Positions 24,201 to 38,069 of a DNA stretch of 64,000 nt are shown in pieces (positions within the stretch are counted from its first letter, which is position 1; every line of letters starts with the position of its first letter). Origin of the DNA: Ministeria vibrans ATCC 50519 (lineage: Eukaryota; Protista; Filasterea). The translations under genes were made by a program, and so were the position numbers. Below the pieces are notes generated by a model. That model made no database searches and was not told the DNA's origin. It was given only the letters and a program-made list of their open reading frames with translations. The DNA lies in NCBI GenBank assembly GCA_943704425.1, contig CALSCP010002121.1, positions 44,624-108,623 on the forward strand, given 5' to 3'.

Positions 24201-26730
24201 GTGACCGAGCAGCGTCAGGCGATCGAGCGGGCCATGCACAGTGGTGGCGCGTCGGACGGACCTTGTGCGGGCGTGTCGACGGCCGATGCCCAGTCGCTTG
24301 CAAACCATCTGGTGGCGGGCCACAACAAGTTTCGACGTGTTGTCTTGCAGCTGAATGACGAGACGACACGCGCCATTGTCACCAATGGACGCGTCGTTGC
24401 CTTCAACGGGTCCATTGTTGCACAGGGACGCGATCGCCTTGCCGTTGCCGACGTGACGCTCTTGGAGTTTCTTGAGGTGCCCCATCGCACGGGTGTCGTC
24501 GCACCCTTTGTGGAAGAGCTCGTCTTTGACGAGGAGCACCGTCGCACCCCTCGCCATCGCTCTGACGTGGCTCTCTCGCTTGCCTCTCTCCTTGTGAATG
24601 CCCCGGGTGAACGCGAGCGACGCTCTCTCCCCGCCGGCCTGCTGCTTAACGAGACGCGCGTGCACCTCCCCGGTGGATTTGCTCACGTGCCCATTGCGGG
24701 CGCCGACTTTGCCGGTGGACCGTCGCTGCTCGTGGACGTTGTGCTTGACCCTTTGTCCAAGGACGCTCAACGACTTGCACCAATGCTGCGCGTGCTTCAG
24801 CGCGCTGCAAATGCCGAAATCAACCTTGTGCTGGCTCCTCGCTCCAAGATTGCGACCATGCCGTTGGACCGTTTCTACCACTACGTGTGGCACGACTCGT
24901 CGCGGGCGACATCGAGTGTCTCGGACGCTCCGCAGCTCAAGGGACTGCCTGGCAAAGTGTTGTTGACGCTCTCGCTGGATACCCCTCAGGCGTGGTTCAT
25001 GCAGAGTCTCTCGTCGCCCCACGATCTGGACAATCTGCGTCTGAGTGGTCCCGCTACACACGTCGAGGCGACCTTTGAGCTGGTGGACTTTCTCGTGGAG
25101 GGTCAAGCAGTTGAGTTGCCGTCAGGCATGGCTGCAGTTGGGTTGCAAGTGCAAGTGGAGCAAGCGTCGACGGACATGCGGCCGCGCGACACTCTAGTTA
25201 TGCAGAATGCTGCCTACTTCCAACTGCGTGCCAGTCCCGGCCTGTGGTCGCTCACGCTGCGTCCCGGACGAAGCACTGCCCTCTATGACATGGTGATGCC
25301 AACGATGACAAGTACCGCGGCGGCGTCCGAGAGTGTCGCGGTTGTCAAGAGTCTTCCTGTGCTCGTTTCGTCGTTTCGCGGTGCGACCACGGCCGTGTAT
25401 GTGCGCAAGAAGGCCGGTATGGAAAAGGTCAATCTTCTCGATGTTGCGGACAAGCAGGAAAGCGACGCAGCACCCGAGCCGACGGGAGCCGACGCAGACG
25501 CACCCAAGGACAGTGGCACCGGCAGCATCTGGTCGGGGATTGCATCGAAACTGCTGGGAGCTACAGAGAACACTGCAGATAGCACAGCAGCAGCAGCAGC
25601 AGTTGAAGATGACAACGAAAACACTGTCAATGTCTTCTCGGTGGCCAGTGGTCACTTGTACGAGCGTTTTCTGCGCATCATGATGCTCAGCGTCGTGCGT
25701 AACACGAAACGCCGTGTCAAATTTTGGATCCTTGAGAACTATCTGTCGCCACTGCAGCGCTCGGCAATTCCCGTGCTAGCGCGCGCTTTTGGCTTTCGTT
25801 TTGAGTTTATCACGTACAAGTGGCCGTGGTGGCTGCGCGGGCAGACACAGAAGCAGCGTGTCATTTGGGGCTACAAGATTCTCTTCCTCGACGTGCTCTT
25901 CCCGCTCCACCTTAAGCGTGTCGTCTTCATCGACTCGGACCAGATTGTGCGCGCCGACCTCGGCGAGCTCATGGACATGAACCTGCGTGGCGCTCCCTAT
26001 GCTTTTGTGCCATTTTGCGATTCGCGTCCTGAGATGCACGGCTTTGCCTTCTGGCGCTCCGTACGCCACTCATTGTTTGAGTATTTTGTTATTATTATTA
26101 TTAATTATTATATTTTTGTTTTTTTGTTGTTTTTAGGGCTACTGGAAGTCGCACTTGCAAGGGCGTCCCTACCACATCAGTGCACTCTACGTTGTCGATC
26201 TTCAGCGCTTCCGCATGGTCGCTGCAGGTGACCGCCTTCGCGCACAGTACCAGCAACTCAGTGCCGATCCGAACTCCCTCTCGAATCTCGATCAGGATCT
26301 GCCTAACAATATGATCCATCAGATTCCCATCTACTCACTTCCACAGGTAGCTCGAACTCTAAATCTAACCCCAATGATACGAACAGCACTTGCTTTCTTC
26401 TAACACTAACTCTGAGCTAGTAATGTTCCCTCACCCTTACTCGCTCTAACCCACACCTGAACAGCACCCTTTCGAAAATAAAAAAGTAGCAATTCTTTAA
26501 AACATTTTTTTTTTTTTTTTTTGCTCTAGGAATGGTTGTACTGCGAAACATGGTGTTCGACGGAAAGCAAAGGACAGGCCAAGACAATCGACCTGTGCAA
26601 CAACCCTAAGACCAAAGAGCCCAAGTTGGACGCAGCCGCTCGCATTGTGCCCGAATGGACTGCGTACGACGACGAAATTCGCGCGGTGCTTGAACGTGCT
26701 CGTGACAATGAGCGCCGAGACGAATTGTAA
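21213..26730 (+). CDS. UGGT: UDP-glucose:glycoprotein glucosyltransferase
   Basis: Signal peptide; [20 protein letters not shown]; GT24 domain [48 protein letters not shown]; C-terminal RDEL. Confidence 0.96.
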
Positions 26731-26767
26731 AAGAAGAAGAAGAAAAAATATTTTTAATGATTCATTT

Positions 26768-29700
26768 TCATTCAACGTCAATGTGCATCTCTGTGTGCTC
26801 CACCCACTTCCGAGCATTGCGAAACATGCGCATCCAGGGGGACTCACCGCTGTCCGGGAAGTCAGTTTCAACGCCACTGTCGAGGGCGGGGCAGGTGGGC
26901 GCATCGAGAAGGGTGTTGGGCTGCCACGAGAAGGCACAGTTGCGCGTGATGCGCTCGGGATGTGGCATGGCAATGAGCACACGGCCCGTGCTCGACGTGA
27001 GGGCCGTCGTGCCGTGCGCCGATCCATTGCTGTTGTCTGGAAACCGCTGGGTGCCCGCACTGCTACCACTGCTTCCCGTGACAATGTCCCGTCGGTCAAT
27101 AAATCGCAGTGCCACATGTTGAAGTGAAGCTACAAGAAGTCAGGTGAGAGAGTAAGACCAACGTAATTATGCCAAATATTTCACCTTCTTCGGCTTCGGG
27201 AGAATCGAATTCCACGCGCCCTTCGCCATGCGCCACCACAATCGGCAGTCTACGGTACACAAACGAGTATCAGCACACACACAGCCAATCGCATATGATA
27301 GTTACGTAATTTTTTGTCTCTCACTAAATCACTTTGTTTCTTTCTCCCCTCTCTCTATTTTTTGATTCTTTCTCCCCTCTCTATCATTTTGATTCTTTCT
27401 CCTCTCTCTCTCTCTAACACTTTGTTTCTTTCTCCCCTCTCTCTATTTGTTTTTGTTTCTTTCTCCCCTCCCTATCATTTTGATTCTTTCTCCTCTCTCT
27501 CCGTTTCTGCATCTCAATGCTTCTTACTGACTGCGGTGCATTCCGTCAAAGAAGAGCGAGTTTGTCTCGGCAATTTCTACCATAGCAACGCGAGCCTCAA
27601 ACTGCTCACTCTCATTGCGCACAAAGCGCGGCCAGTGCTCTGCGCCCGGAACCAGCTCCTTGAGCTGTGACATAAACTGACATCCGTTGCAGATGCCCAG
27701 TGCAAAGGTGTCGCTTCGCTCGAAAAAGTCCGAAAACTCACTGCGGGCGTGTCGATTAAACAACACTGACTTGGCCCATCCCTCACCCGCACCCAACACT
27801 GAAAGAGAGAGCGTCCGGGGTGAGTTGCAAGTACATAGTCACGACAGATTGTGTATACCGTCTCCGTAAGAGAACCCGCCACAGGCGGCAAGACCCACAA
27901 ACGTACTCAAGGATACAGTGCCACTGAGAATGTCGCTCATGTGAACCTATAAAAACGTCAGACGATTTTTTTTTCTCTGTCTCTGTGCTCTCTGATTTAC
28001 ATCGACTGAGGTAAAACCAGCACGATCAAAGGCGACCGCCATCTCAATGTGACCGTTGACGCCCTGCTCGCGAAGAATGGCGACGCGCGGGCGACCGGGG
28101 AGATCGACGGCGACAGCGAGGGACGCGTCAAAGGTGAGACGTGCGTACAGTCCTGGGTCTTGTTCGTTCTCGAGGAGTGCGTCGTACTCGAGCTGCGCAC
28201 ACTCTGCGTTGTCACGGAGTGCCTGCATGCGGTACGACGTCTCTGCCCAGAGACGGTGCAGCTCGATGCGGTCTGTGTCGAGTACACACGCGTCCTTGAA
28301 ATGGAACTTGAGCTCGCGCGAGAAGCGTGCGCTCACCTTGCCCAGCACATGCACACACCCGTCGAGTGAGGGGTAGGCGGCAAAGGCATCGAGTACACGG
28401 GCAGCGTCGCTTTCGCGCACTTGCACCACCGCACCCAGTTCCTCGTTGAAGAGCGCCGCAGGTGCACTGGGGCCAAGTGGTGTGAGGTCGACGCTGAAGC
28501 CACAGCGACCGGCAAAGGCCATCTCGGCAAGGCAGGCAAGAAGTCCCCCGTCCGAGCGGTCGTGATAGGCAAGCAGAAGCCTTTGCTGTCGAAGTGCACA
28601 CACGACAGCAAATAGATCCTTGAGACGTGCGGGGTCATCGAGGTCGGGCGACTCGCTGCCTACGTAGTTGTACACCTGGAAGAAGGCGGAGGCACCAAGA
28701 CGCGCAAGACCCGCCGAGAGATCCACGGCTACGAGAACGGTCGGCGAGTTGTCGGCACACTGCGCCAGCGCAGGGGTGAGCGTACGGCGCACGTCGGTGA
28801 CGGGCGCAAAGGCGGTGACCACAAGGGAGAGGGGCGCCGCCACCTTGTGGTCCTTGTTGTCGGATGGTTCGTGCCACTGGGTGCGCATCGACATCGAGTC
28901 CTTGCCGACGGGAACAGAGATACCCAGAGCAGGCGCAAGCTCCATGCCTACGGCACGCACGGCTGCATAGAGATCGGCGTCTTCGCTCGGCGAACCCGCT
29001 GACACCATCCAGTTGCAGCTCATGGCAATGTCACTAATGCAGGCGATGTCGCTGGCGAGTACGTTTGTGACGGACTCGGCCATGGCCATGCGTGCCGAAG
29101 CAGCCGCATTGATCAGCGCCAGGACGGGACGCTCACCCATGGCCATGGCCTCGCCTGCAAACGTGTCGTGACCGGCACAGGTCACGCCGCAGTCGGCCAC
29201 GGGCACCTGCCAGCGGCCTACCAGCTGATCGCGTGCCACCAATCCCGTCACCGACCGATCGCCAATGTGAATGAGGTAGGCTTTGCTGCCGACACTGGGG
29301 AGCTGTAGAACGCGGCGAGACGACTCGGTAAGAGGCAGCGACAGCGCCGGCAGGGCCTCGTGGGGCTCGGAGCATCGAGCGGTGGTCGTGCCGGTGCGGT
29401 GCATGCGCGGCGGCTTGCCAAAGAGCACGGACATGGGCAGATCAATGGGGCGCGAGTGGAGCAGCGAGTCCTCGAGACGCAGTCGTGCCTTGTCGGTTGC
29501 CTCGCCCACTACGGCAAACGGACAGCGTTCGCGCTCACACAGCTGCTCGAAGAGAGCGAGACGGTCACGACGCACGGCAAGCACAAACCGCTCTTGGCTC
29601 TCGTTGCACCACAGTTCCATGGGCGACAGCGCCGGATCGGCCGAGGGCACGGAACGCAAATGGAAAAGAGCACCACGCTCGGCGTCGTGGACGAGCTCGG

Positions 29701-31740
29701 GCAAGGCGTTGCTGAGACCGCCTGCACCCACGTCGTGCACCGATTCGATCGGCGTGTCGGCACCCAGCGAGCAACAACGGTCAATGACCTCCTGACAGCG
29801 ACGCTGCATCTCCGCATTGTCACGTTGCACCGACGCAAAGTCCAACTCGGCGTCGGATGCTCCTGTCGCCATAGACGATGCAGCGCCTCCGCCCAGTCCA
29901 ATGAGCATGGCGGGACCGCCCAGCACAACAATGGCGCTGCCCGCGGCAATACCGGTCTTATGAATGTGCTCTGTGCGGATGTTGCCCAGTCCCCCAGCGA
30001 TCATGATGGGTTTGTGGTAGCCGCACATGAGGTGCTGTGTGTCCGTGTCATTCTGCTGCGATTCGGGGCGACGGTCGCTGTCGCAGTAGGTGCGCCAAAA
30101 CCCCGTGATGCACGGACGACCAAATTCATTGTTGAAGGCGGCGCCACCCAGCGGAGCATGGAGCATAATGTCGCGCGCCGAGGCAATGCGGCTGGGATGC
30201 AGTGCCGACTGGGGCGTCTCCCAGGGCTGTGGTAGGCCAGGCAGGTGCAAATGGGAGGTCATAAACCCCGTGAGGCCTGCCTTGGGCTTGCTGCCTTGGC
30301 CCACGGCGGCCTCGTCACGGATCTCGCCGCCCGAGCCGGTGGCTGCGCCTGCGTACGGCGAGATGGCCGTCGGGTGGTTGTGTGTCTCGACCTTCATGAG
30401 AATGTGAACGTCCTCGGCCGTGTGAGCGTATTCGCCTGTAGTGGGATCGCAGGCAAAGCGCGTGGCTGCACTGCCGCGCATCACAGCGGCATTGTCACAG
30501 TAGGCAGATAGCACTCTTCCCGGGTGCAGCTTGAATGTGTTGCGGATCATGGCAAACAACGACTTGTCTGGGTCCGTGCCGTCCAGCGTCCATGACGCAT
30601 TAAAGATTTTGTGACGGCAGTGCTCCGAGTTGACCTGTGCGAACATCATGAGCTCGACGTCGGTTGGGTTGCGTTTGAGGCGCTCCGCAAAGTTGCTCAC
30701 GATGTAGTCGAGTTCGTCAGTCGCGAGAGCCAGGCCAAACTCAGTATTGGCGGCAGCAAGTGCCTCGCGGCCGCCTCGAATGACATCGACGGAGCGGAGC
30801 TGGAAATGAAAACATATAAAAAAGAATAGGAGGGGAGGGGGGGGGGGTCGTGTGAGCAGACACACACTACTTGACACTGTCGCGAGTGCAATGCATACTG
30901 GACGAGGCTCATGCTGGTCAAAGAGAGCGCTGGAAATGTCCTCCGTGATAGTGTCAGCCTCGTAGAGAGACTGGGTCATCCGGTCGTGGATATGTGGACC
31001 TACAAGGACCGTGTGTTGTCGGTGAGCGATGCACAGTCGACAATAGTGTGTGTGTGTGTGTGTGGTGTGTTACCAATGCCGCTCAGATCAACGGACGCAT
31101 CGCTGACAATGGTGAACCACACGGCACGCTCAACCCGCTGGACGGCATCGCCCAGACCACAGTTGTGCACTGCACCAATAGCAACGCCAGTTAGAAGAGA
31201 GGAGAAAGAGAAATGGGATGACATTGATTTTTTTTTTTTTTTTTTTTTTTTTTATTCTCTGTCGTTACCAATATCGGACGCTTTGGACGACCAGGGCGAG
31301 ATGGTGCCGGGGCGGGGGGCGACAATGACCCGTGTGTGCACCAACGGCTGCAAATGGGCGGGTGGTGGAGAAAGGGGGGGAGCAGGAGAGGGACAGAGTG
31401 AGAGAGAGAGAGAGAGTGAGTGAGTGAGTGAGACGGGCGATCAGAGTGAATGGGATGAGTATGCACCTCGCGATCGCTCTCCGTCGCTCCATGCGTTCTG
31501 CGCGTCCCGTAGCTCAGCAGCTTGTGAAGTTTCTGGCGCTCCACATCGGACAGGGTTCGTGTGCACCTCCAGAAGTGGATGTACTCGGCCTTGATGTCCT
31601 GCGGGAGCGGGGGCGGAGAGGGTGAGCGGCGAGAGGGCTTCATGGATGGGCGCGCTCACTTTGATGCCTGGAATGGCGCTCAAGAGAGCCTTCTCTCGAA
31701 AGGCCGACAACGCCGATGGACCAAACGCGTATTCGATCAT
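26768..31740 (-). CDS. PFAS: Phosphoribosylformylglycinamidine synthase (large PurL/Ade6)
   Basis: [75 protein letters not shown]. Confidence 0.97.
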
Positions 31741-31821
31741 GAAGAAAGAAAGGGTAAAATAAAATTATTATGTAGCATTATTCAACTTCATTTTCATTAT
31801 TTTCAATTTATTTTCTTTTGA

Positions 31822-33694
31822 ATGGACGCCGAAGAAAACGATCCGCCCGTCCGCGACGCACCTCCTCTGGACTATACACGGCCAGCGTGGAGCGCGCCTG
31901 CGTCTCAGCCTTGGTTTTTTGAAGTGATCAAGGATGGAGTGATCGTCGACACGATCGACTTGAAACGCAACAGCGACGCCGAGTTCCTCACTCTTGGACG
32001 TGTCCCCACGTGCGATATACCCGTGGAGAACCCTTCGGTCAGCAGAATACACGCCGTTCTGCAGCACCGGTCGAATGGTACGCACTTTCCAATCCTCTCG
32101 TGAATGTTGATTGAGTTCTTCTGGGCACTGCGCAGGCAACGTGTACGTGTACGACCTGGGATCGACCCATGGGACGTACTTGAACAAGGTGCGCGTGAAT
32201 TCGCGGGCGTTCTATCGGGTTCGCGCTGGGCACTTCTTGCGCTTTGGTGAGAGTCAGCGCATGTACTTTCTGGCGGGCGCTGAGGACAACAACGCCGAGG
32301 AGGACGAGCAGAAGCGACGCACCGAGCAGATGGGGGTGCCCATGTCGGCGGACGAGGTGGCTGAGCTGCGAAGGAAGCGAGAGGAGGCGGAGGCGGATGC
32401 GAGACGAGCGTTTCATGAGCGCGGTGGTGTGTGGGGACAGGACGACGATGCGGTGGAGGAGGAAGGCGGCGGCGCAGGGGCTGACGGCGCAGCAGTGGGA
32501 GGCGAGTTGAACGGCGACGAGCTTGATGAAGATGGACAGGTGAAGAAGAAGAAGGCGAGTGGGGGCGAGGTGGTCGCCGACAAGGACACGACGTGGTTTC
32601 TCAAGGATCCGAGAGGCCACCTTGTGCGCTATCTGGATCGCGAAGGGGGACATCTGGAGTTTAGTGTCGAGGAGAGTGGTCCAGGACACGCACGTAAGTA
32701 CACGGCTGCGTTGCGTCTGCCGGTGAGCACGGGCGAAGGGTCCATGATGGTGCAAGGCACTGCGTCGCGTCGCAAGGACTCGGAACGTGCTGCGGTGCTC
32801 GAGGCGTGTCGCACACTCAACAGTATTGGCTTACTCCGCGAGCCCTCGACCTCCTCGTCCGGTGCGAAGGTGGTTGGACGGGGACGCAAGCGCATGGACG
32901 ACAGTGACGACGACGACGACGAATTTTGGGATCGCACAGGCGACGTGGCACGGCGACGGGCAAAGCGACAGAAGAAACTGGATGCGGAGGCGAGGGAAGC
33001 GGCTGCAGGAGCATCAGCAGCTGCAGCTGCTGCGGCGGCCGCCGCTGCAGCGCCTAAAGTGTCTACTTACGAGAGTTTACAGGAGGAGCTACAAGAGGCG
33101 CAAGACGAACTACACTACATTGAACAGAAGCTGACGGTGGAAGAGTCGCGACGTGACAAAGAGCGGCAGCAGAAGCAGCAAATCACGGCGGTTGCAACGG
33201 AGGGCGCTGTGGTGGACGAACTGGATGCGTTTATGGAACAAGTCGGCTCGAGTCTGTCGACGGAGCAGCTCACGCGACTGCGCACACGTAAAGCGGCACT
33301 CGACAAGTCCATCCGCCAACTCAACAAACTCATCAAAGTGGCACAACCCTTTTCCTTTCCTGCTGCCCTCCTGGTCAACGCTCGCGCCGCATCCGAAGCG
33401 ACCACGACAGACAAATCAGACGGCGACGTCAACGCCAAAGAGCCGTCGTCAGACACAGGGGCGCCGTCAACGAAGAGTGCAGCACCACCCACAGTAGAGC
33501 CGACGTCAGAGAGTGTGACTCCTCACACCGACAAGCCTGTCTTCAAAAAGCCTGTCAGTCGTGTACCTGCTGGCACAGTGCGCGGCCCTTCCGCCCCTCC
33601 AGCCCCATCTCCCACATCCCAGCCACCTCCCACTGCCCCTTCCGCCTCCCCTTCTCTCAAACCCGGTCTCAATTTCAGAAAGAAGCCACTGTAA
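31822..33694 (+). CDS. SLC4A1AP: Kanadaptin (FHA domain + dsRBD-like domain + coiled coil)
   Basis: YTRPAWS, EVIKDG, LGRVPTCD..PSVSRIHAVLQ, YDLGSTHGT, FGESQR, DDDEFWDRTG, DELDAFM. Confidence 0.88.
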
Positions 33695-33727
33695 CCAACA
33701 ATAATGAATACAACATGATGGAGCATA

Positions 33728-34546
33728 TTACAGAGCGTCGTGACGAGGCGTAAAGCGCAATCGGACATTGTGAGGGTGATAGAGGGCCGTGACCTTGCCG
33801 CACACGGGCTTGCCATTGCTCTCGTACTGCCAGTGCAGACGCGCCGCAGTCGTTGCAATCATAATCTGCGCTTCCATCATTGCAAATCGCTGACCAATGC
33901 AGTTGCGCTGTCCTGCACTAAATGGAGTGAACCGATACGGATCCGTTTTGGTGTTGATTTCCCCTGCAAATCGCTCTGGATCAAATTTGGTGGGTTCGGG
34001 CCAGGTCAGAGCATTCTAAAGAAAAATAAAGCAAAAATAAAATAAAATTATATATATATATATATGAGCGGGTTAGATTGAGAAAAAGAGAGAAGGTGGA
34101 AGAAAGAAGGGAAAATGAAAACCTGATGGGCAGACATGAAAGACATTCCGATGGCAGTTCCCTTTGGAACTTTGATGCCGGACACGATTGAGTCTTCGAG
34201 TGCAACGCGTTCAAACGAGAAGGCAATGCCACGGATGCGCAGCGCCTAAAACAAGCCAGCGAGTGATTAGGTGAGCGTGGGTGTGACAGGATAGAGCGAG
34301 GCTGAGCGAGTGTGGTACCTCTCTAATGATCATTTTGGTGAAAGAAAGCTGTGACAGCACATCAGTCGTCCAGGCGAGCGCGTCAATGCTCGTCACATTA
34401 GCCTGTGCACACACTGCGTCGATTTCTTCGTGAAGACGTTTCTGGTGCTCCGGATGGATGGCCGTGTAGTACAATGCCCATGCAACGGAGAGTGCAGTGG
34501 TGTCATGCCCTAATGTATAAGATTAGTGCGACAATAAGTATAACTG

Positions 34547-34639
<93 letters not shown>

Positions 34640-35974
34640 AGTGATAGAGAGAGAGAAACAAAGTGATAGAGAGAGAGAAACAAAGTGATAGAGAGAGAAA
34701 CAAAGTGATAGAGAGAGAGAAACAAAGTGATAGAGAGAGAAAAACAAAGTGATAGAGAGAGAAAAACAAAGTGATAGAGAGAGAGGAGAAAGACGCAAGA
34801 AAGGGGGAGGAGAAAGAAACGAAATGATCACACAAATAAGTCTCACCTGCCAGTAAGAAGGTAATGGCCTCCTCGGCAATCTCCTCGTCGCTCACATCCC
34901 CGGCACGCATCAGCAGTCCCACAATATCCTTTTCTCCTCGTCCCATGTTCTTTCCTGCCCTCCGCTGCGCAATCACCCCGTAAATCATTTCCTTGATTTC
35001 TCGTTGTGAGTTGAGAAGCATTCGCACTGGCGGTAGAAACGTCAGTTTGCGCCAGATAGGCCCAAAGAAGACCAATCCTGGAACATGTCGGCTGATAAAG
35101 ATCTGTTCCATTTGTGAAAACTTTTGCCGAATGAGCTACAGAAGATGATAAGATAATTAATACTAATTAATATCATTATAGTGTTTGGGTTACTTCTGGG
35201 TCCAAACTTCCACCAAAGGCCAGATCAACAATGACAGACATGGTAAGACGGGCCGTCTCCTCACCCGGGTCCACCAGTCGTCCGTCGCGCAGTTCGTGTG
35301 CGAACCGCAGTGCTGTCTGTGACATTTGCGCAGTGTATTCGTCGAGACGCCCAAAGTGGAACAGGGGCGTGAGCAGTCGACGATGGTACTTCCATTTGGA
35401 TCCCTCGCTACGTGCAAGACACGCGGTTCACACATGCAATGAGTCAGCGAATGTGCCTAATAATCATACTTGACGACGAGTCCGTCTCCCACAAGGTCGC
35501 GCGACACACTCACGTAGGTGGAGTGCTTGGGAAACTTCTCTTCGTGCGAGATGATGTCCCGAATCGCATCGCAATGCTGAGCAATGATCCAGTGCGTGCC
35601 GTCCGTGACAAAGCCCAAGTCAAGCAGTGGCGGGCGCACTCCATTCTCCTAATGAACGAGTTGTTCGTAACAATACTACTCATACTCATAGTTATCATCC
35701 CGAGTGTCTTACGTCGCCACACAGCCTCAGAACCTCGTCAATGTCATCGCCCATCTTTAATAGGGTCCATGGATAGAAGGGATGCTTCGGAATATGCTTG
35801 TATCTACAGAGAGGCGGATGAGTTGTGATGACGGTCGATCGCCGATGAGTACTTGTGGCTGGACAGCCGGAACCGAAGCGCCACAAAGCACAGGCGCAAC
35901 ACTACAAACGCCACGACACCCACGCCAAGCGCTAGGGCAGTGATGAGCGCCACAGCCACCAATCGCAGGAACAT
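33728..35974 (-). CDS. Cytochrome P450 (CYP4-clan-like), N-terminal membrane anchor, multi-exon
   Basis: I-helix TFLLAGHDTT, K-helix EALR, FDPERF, heme motif [10 protein letters not shown]. Confidence 0.92.
34549..34830. repeat. (GA)n plus about 7 tandem AGAAACAAAGTGATAG units; type locus of a dispersed repeat family
   Basis: The same core occurs at 4793-5035, 12205-12340, 16325-16540, 20670-20830, 27310-27500, 44454-44750, 52829-52850 and 63480-63630. Confidence 0.9.
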
Positions 35975-36155
35975 TCAATAATAATAATGATTCTTTTTTT
36001 TCCAATCTGATCAGCAACACCGTCTGTCAAAGTGTCAAGTGAATCAAATCACTGTGCAACTGCAGCTGAGTCAGAAAATTTGATAATAATAATTTATTAT
36101 TGTTTTGTACAGCAATTTATTATATCTTTACATAACACAATATGTATGTTCAATC

Positions 36156-37398
36156 TCAATGATGCCGCCTCCCCTCAACATACTGATAGGCAACATATGC
36201 AGGCACCACAATGCACACAATGACGACGGCCAGCAGCGCCCACTGGGCACGCGACGACAACAGACACGAGGACTGAGTGCGTGTAATCGATTTGACGCGC
36301 ATCGCACTCTCCGTGTCACTGCCCGCCCCACTTAGCAGCTCATCCATGCCCGTCACCAGAGGCATCAAAATGCGCTCATCGGTGCTCCCACTCCCACCCG
36401 TCGTCCCAAAACCACGTGCCGCCCGTGCATACTGCTCCCGCTGCAAGGCGTACGGTCCGCCTTCTTCGCGTCCACTCACTCCCACTGCCTTGTCCAACCG
36501 TCCCAAAAACGCCTGTGTTTCCGCCGTTGAACTGTGCAGCAGCGATTTCATGTCAACCGCACGCATGCGCAGAGGTCGCAACGGATCGTGCGGATCCAGC
36601 CCATCTTCTTCTTCCATCGCCTGTTTATCTTCCGGCTCGTCCTCTACGTCGTCGTCGTCGTCGTCGTCGTCGCCTCCACTCCCTTCTCCCCTGTGGCTAC
36701 TTGCGGCTGCCTTGGTCGCAGCACGGATCTCCCTTTGCAGCGCAGCGCGTTCGCCTTCCCTGCGTCGCTGCTTGGCCGCCGCTAACTCGGCCGCCTTGCG
36801 CGCCTCTTCTTCCTTCTCCAAACGCTCCGCCACCAAGCTGTACTTTTTCACGGGCACCTTCACAAATGGTTTGCCATGCAGCTCTTCGCTACGCCACACT
36901 TGGTTGAGCTGCTTCAGAGCGGGAACCTACATCGCAAAATCAAAAATAGCCTTCACGTCTGCTTATTTTTGAATAGCTGTTTCGTACGGTCGTTGAAAAT
37001 TTCAGAGCGAGTCGCTCCAAGGTGTCCTCTGAGGCGATCGGATGGAAGTGTACATAGGTGTTGTCGCCATCGACAAAGTCTTCGTCGCCAAACAGCTCAC
37101 GGAAATCGGGCTTTTGCTGACGCCGCTGTGAAACACGCGACGACTGCTCCTCACGCGACGCCAGCACGACCGCCGAGCCGGCCGCGTCCGTGGACGACGC
37201 CATCAGCACTCTGTCGCGTGCCTGGTTGTGTTGCAGGCTCGGCAGGGTCTCCAGATCAAAGCATTCTTCGCCGCGGATTCGACGCGTTCGCTCAACTAAC
37301 GACTCTTCGCGATCGCTTACGCGACCCTTCGACAAGACACTGCTGCCACTGCTGCGTTCTCTAGGTGGCACCGATGCGTTTTTCCGCTGCGACTTCAT
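36156..37398 (-). CDS. LysM domain protein with C-terminal transmembrane helix (LYSMD3/4-like), 2 exons
   Basis: HPIASEDTLERLALKFSTT|VPALKQLNQVW..VKVP; TM segment WALLAVVIVCIVVPAYVAY. Confidence 0.8.
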
Positions 37399-37505
37399 GC
37401 GGATATCGAAATATGTTTGAACTTTGAATTTTGATTGAAATCTATAATCCAATCAATCCTCAATGAACTATGATCAATCGGTTCAATCCTCAATTTTGTT
37501 TTGTT

Positions 37506-38004
37506 ATGTCTGCACTACACGACGCCGTAAGACGAGGGCAGACTGAAAAGGTCGAGGAGCTGATTGCAAGTCGTCCTCACTTGATTAGCGAGGTTTTTTC
37601 AAACAGGCCAAAAATAAAAAAGAGACAAAAGAGTAACGCGAAAGGTCCTTTTTGTAGCGCGACGAAGAGGGCTGGTCTCCGCTTGGACTGGCAGTGCGGT
37701 ACGGGCAAGAGAAGATGGTGAAGGCGCTGCTGGCTGTCGACACCGAGGAGGCTCCCACTGAGCGCGACATGGCAGTGCCGCTGGTTGCCGCTGGCATTGG
37801 CGAGCGCAGCGCCGACAGCAGCAGCCCCGGTCCCCAGCACGTGTACGTTGTCAGAGACATGTCGCATTCCATGTGTGTGTGTGTGTGTTGTGTTGTGCGC
37901 CACTGCCGCTTTCTGTAGTAACTGCCGCTAACTCACATTTTCGTTGTTGCAGATTCCAACACCGCAACTCGCTCGATGGCAAGCGCAAGTACAAGATTAA
38001 ATAA
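37506..38004 (+). CDS. Small ankyrin-repeat protein, 3 exons
   Basis: SALHDAVRRGQTEKVEELI..|RDEEGWSPLGLAVRYGQEKMVKALL. Confidence 0.7.
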
Positions 38005-38069
38005 ACACCGCCTCTCCTCCCTGTATGTAACGCCACTTCTATTTTGTTTGCTTTGTACATGTATGTTCT

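Noticed and set aside
34630-34780. CRISPR-like or tetO-like reading of the TCTCTATCACT repeats
   Set aside because: The spacers are only (GA)n, there are no cas genes, and only half of the tet operator matches, without its palindrome.
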